Source: Eledone cirrhosa (Eukaryota). From it: a stretch of 64,000 nucleotides of DNA. The DNA lies in assembly GCA_964016885.1 (NCBI GenBank), contig CAXHJY010001320.1:12525-76524 (forward strand). The letters are read 5' to 3'. The position numbers and the translations under genes are program-made. This document shows positions 58,395 to 64,000 of this stretch, piece after piece (position 1 is the stretch's first letter; each line of letters begins with the position of its first letter). A model generated the notes under the pieces. That model saw nothing but the letters and a program-made list of their open reading frames with translations. It was not told the origin of the DNA and made no database searches.

Positions 58395-59423
58395 TAGTAA
58401 TAATAATAAAATTGATGACTAAAATCCAAAGAGGGCTCGATAAGGAAAATATATATCAAATATATAAGAACCGTAGAGCAAATATTTATTAAAATAACAG
58501 ATTAAAGTTTAAGCAAAGAATCGCTGCTTTCACCCTTAACGGGATCTTCTGAAACTAACAAAGTCAATCTGTAAACGCAGAACTGGATATTTCAAAAAAC
58601 GTTGCAACGGAGGAAGACAGGAAGACGATACTTTGGTTCGTGGTAACGTTCACTGGCAAAGAACGGGAAAAAACGAATAATACGTCATTAATAGGAGCGG
58701 TGAAAAACAATTACGCGCAAAGACAGAACCACGTTTATGGTATAAAAGAGGTCGTAGGCTAATGTTCTCTTAGGTGGTGCATAGAGACGTTCTCTGGCAA
58801 TGAACGAAAAAACGAAGATAATAAGTCATATGTGGAGCGTGGAGAACAATAGCACGCAAAGACAAAATCACGTAAATGGTAAGCAGAAGTCGTAGACTAA
58901 AATTCTAACTAGGAGACCAAATGAATCTCCGCTACAGAGTTAAGAACAAAGTAAATAAATACAATACAGAAGTAATAGAAACAAATAAATACATACACGC
59001 AAACAGATACGTACATACACAAACATACGCATAACCTTACCATAGGTATACAAAACCACGCACATATAAATATGTATGTGTGTGTATGCTTGTGTACAAA
59101 TAAATAAATAATTATATAAACGTATAAGAATAAATAAATACGTATATAACAAGCGCACACACATACCTACATATAAATACACGAATGTTCGGAGACGTAA
59201 GTCAACTAAAACAAGAAGTACACATATACACACACCCACCATACGTACGAACCTGCATACTCACGCAGACGCAAAACTCCCGTATTCACATAGCCAAACC
59301 CTAAATACCAGAATATGTAAAACTTATACGCCATAACAGTCAAATATACGTACGAGAAGGTATACATACCTTCACAAAACATACGGGTAATTGCGTGTAT
59401 GTATTTATTTGTTTCTATTACTT
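58395..59423 (-). mobile_element. PLE pseudo-LTR/UTR fragment related to 8160-8582
   Basis: It shares GCTCGATAAGGAwAATATATATCAAATATATAAGAACC and the HHR region with 8340-8582. 59391-59423 is a 33-bp inverted copy of 58970-59002. Confidence 0.7.
58506..58556 (-). ncRNA. type I hammerhead ribozyme, non-canonical core (CAGAAGA)
   Basis: The reverse complement folds as AGTTT-CAGAAGA-tCCCgttaaGGGt-GAAA-GCAgcgattcttTGC-TT-AAACT. Confidence 0.62.
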
Positions 59424-60464
59424 AGTTTCACTGAATTACTAAAGCTGATTGGTTTAAGCGTCACGGCTGGTTGAGCATGCTAACGACCAATGAACATATC
59501 CAAAGCATCAATTGTTTTGTTATGTTTAGAAATGATGAAAATAGCATTTTCTGTTAATCATCACCATCAACATCACTTTTGTTGTTGTTGGTGGTGGTGG
59601 TGGTCGCCGTCGTCGTCGTCGTCGTCGTAGTACCCCTAAGCGTTATTATTGTTCATTTAGCTTGGGTTTGAATTTATCAATAAAATTCTTTTCTTTGATT
59701 TTTCTCTTGATTTCACTTGGGCTGTGTACAGATACCCCATCTGTCCATCAGATACCCCTAAGCGGCCACCTGGCAACATGTGGTCAGGCAATATTTATAA
59801 TATTCCCATTCTACAAATTACACAGCCCAAGTGAAATCAAGAGAAAAATCAAAGAAAAGAATTTTATTGATAAATTCAAACCCAAGCTAAATGAACAATA
59901 ATAATGCTTAGGGGTACTACTTCTACTACCACTATGACCATGACCACTAACAACAACAACAATAATAATAATAAAAGTGATGTTGATGGTGATGATTAAT
60001 AGAAAATGCTATTTTCATCATTTCTAAACATAACAAAACAATTGATGCTTTGGATATGTTCATTGGTCGTTAGCATGCTCAACCAGCCGTGACGCTTAAA
60101 CCAATCAGCTTTAGTAATTCAGTGAAACTACACACTGATTGGTCGAAATACAGTTTACAGGGCTTAGCATTCTGGAGCCACTTTTCTCTGTATAAAATGT
60201 ATAAAAGGTAGGAAATTTACCCATCTCATTACAGTTGAAAATTGCAAACTCAACTGTCACCACATATTATGAACCTGAAGATTGCGAAAGCATGAAAGTG
60301 CTTGTTCAATTAACACTTAGAATTTAATATTCTATCATACTATTTCATTATAATACCATTATATATTTTAAAGGATTGTAAATAAAACGAGTAAATCAGA
60401 CAAAGTTGGAATTCCTCTTATTAATAATCTTCTATACACAATCATACACACCCGTATCTATATC

Positions 60465-60465
<1 letters not shown>
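59423..60465 (+). mobile_element. PLE-3 remnant: GIY-YIG C-terminus + UTR + HHR with 5' inverted duplication
   Basis: It encodes HQIPLSGHLATCG...PFYKL...RKIKEKNFIDKFKPKLN* (to 59901). The inverted arms are 59423-59728 and 59819-60130. Confidence 0.75.
60270..60308 (+). ncRNA. minimal type I hammerhead ribozyme
   Basis: The fold is TGAAC-CTGAAGA-tTGCgaaaGCAt-GAAA-GTGC-TT-GTTCA. AAGUGCUU is self-complementary with G.U pairs. Confidence 0.8.
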
Positions 60466-60540
<75 letters not shown>

Positions 60541-60545
60541 TATGT

Positions 60546-62014
60546 ATAGTAGGGGGCTAAGAACAGAGCCCTTGGTGTTCATCAGGGCTCTGTTCTTAGC
60601 CCCCTACTATTTATTATTGCCCTCCAGGCTATAACAGTGGAGTTCAAGACCGGCTGCCCATGGGAACTCCTATACGCAGATGATCTAACGCTCATAGCTG
60701 AATCAATGGCCGAGCTAGAGAAGAAATTCCAAACATGGAAGCACGGCCTAGAATCAAAAGGCCTTAAAATTAACCTGGCTAAGACTAAAGTTCTAGTTTG
60801 TAAGAAAGAAAATAAGGCGGCGGTCCCCTCCGGGAAGTGGCCATGCGCAGAGTGTAGGAAAGGCGTAGGTAGAAATTCCATTTTGTGTCCCAAATGCAAA
60901 GTTTGGGTGCATAAAAGATGTAGTGGGATCACAGGTAAGCTAACTAAGAACATAGATTTTACATGTGGCCGGTGTTCTGGGGCAATAAGTAGCAGCAAGT
61001 GCCCACAAAATACTAGCTCTTTCAACTGCGCAGAGGGTTCTATAGAAATAGTGGACAGCTTCCGTTACCTGGGTGACAAAATCAGCAGTGGGGGAGGGTG
61101 CTCTGAAAGTACAGTAGCTAGAGTCAGAACTGGTTGGAAAAAGTTCAGAGAGCTTATACCACTATTAGCTGCTAAAGGGTTCTCCCTAAAAATGAAAGGC
61201 AGGTTGTACGATGCCTGCATACGAACAGCAATGTTGCATGGCAGTGAGACCTGGGCATTGTGTGCAGAGGATATACGCAGACTAGAGAGAAACGAAGCTT
61301 GCATGCTCCGCTGGATGTGTAATAGTAATATACGTGAACGACAAAGCATAAACGAACTAAGGAAAAAATTAGAAATAAGAGGGATCAGATGTTGTTTACT
61401 CGAGAGAAGGCTACGTTGCTATGGTCACGTGATGCACATTAAGGACGATAGCTGTATAACAAAGTGCAGGGCAATAAAGATAGACGGTAGCCACGGAATA
61501 GGCAGACCCAGAAAAACCTGGGACGAGCTGATAAACTCCGACCTCACACACTTACACCTCACCAAGACAATGTCACTGGACCGAGACCTTTGGCGGTACT
61601 CAGTCATAGAGAAGACCCGTCTTACCTAAATACAAAGTAAAACCTACTACAGTCAGTAGGCATCTCTAACAAAATACACCCCCGTCCCACCACCCCCACC
61701 CCATCCACACCGCCCCCTTCTATGTAAAGTTATGTTGGTGCCACACCATCCAGGCCGAAACAAATGAGATCGTGTAGGTGTCACGACAAAAAAACACACA
61801 GTCCACGCTGTAATGTGGCCGTGTAGGCAACACGGTAAAAACCTCCCAGACCCACACTGTAAATGTGGTTGGTGTTAGGAAGGGCATCCAACTGTAGAAA
61901 ACCTGCCAGACAGTCCTATGCGAGCAAGACAATCACTCTTGCCTCAAGTGGGAAAACTCCCGTCCAAACCCATGCAAGCATGGAACATGGACGTTAAACG
62001 ATGATGATGATGAT
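60546..62014 (+). mobile_element. RTE-B LINE, 5'-truncated with 5' fold-back
   Basis: It has a 330-aa RT C-terminus with PHD finger, a 3' UTR and a (GAT)n tail. A 27-bp inverted repeat lies at 60546-60572/60584-60610. Confidence 0.94.

Positions 62015-64000
<1,986 letters not shown>

Overview
This is AT-rich, microsatellite-dense eukaryotic genomic DNA. The SINE/LINE repertoire looks like a coleoid cephalopod such as octopus, which is an inference. The only host gene I can support is a + strand ENTPD5/6-like (GDA1/CD39 family) nucleoside diphosphatase. It has four coding exons at 24187-30505; the next exon is not visible, so the remaining >33 kb appears to be intron. The rest of the window is nested transposons. 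These include two Naiad-type Penelope-like elements (one SINE-disrupted and nested in a Helitron, one with an intact 713-aa ORF and a 2.4-kb inverted pseudo-LTR), young PHD-finger-bearing RTE LINEs inserted into (TA)n arrays, and older RTE, CR1 and CRE fragments. There are also a DD37D Tc1/mariner, Merlin-like and piggyBac-like MITEs and tRNA-derived SINEs. The most notable signal is seven hammerhead-ribozyme motifs from four families. Two of them lie in a ~468-bp, ORF-less, strongly self-complementary tandem repeat (57393-58376) with compensatory base changes, which looks like a retrozyme or viroid-like circular-RNA module on the host gene's strand. The very long Tyr/Ile/Met/Val ORFs in the ORF track are microsatellite artefacts.
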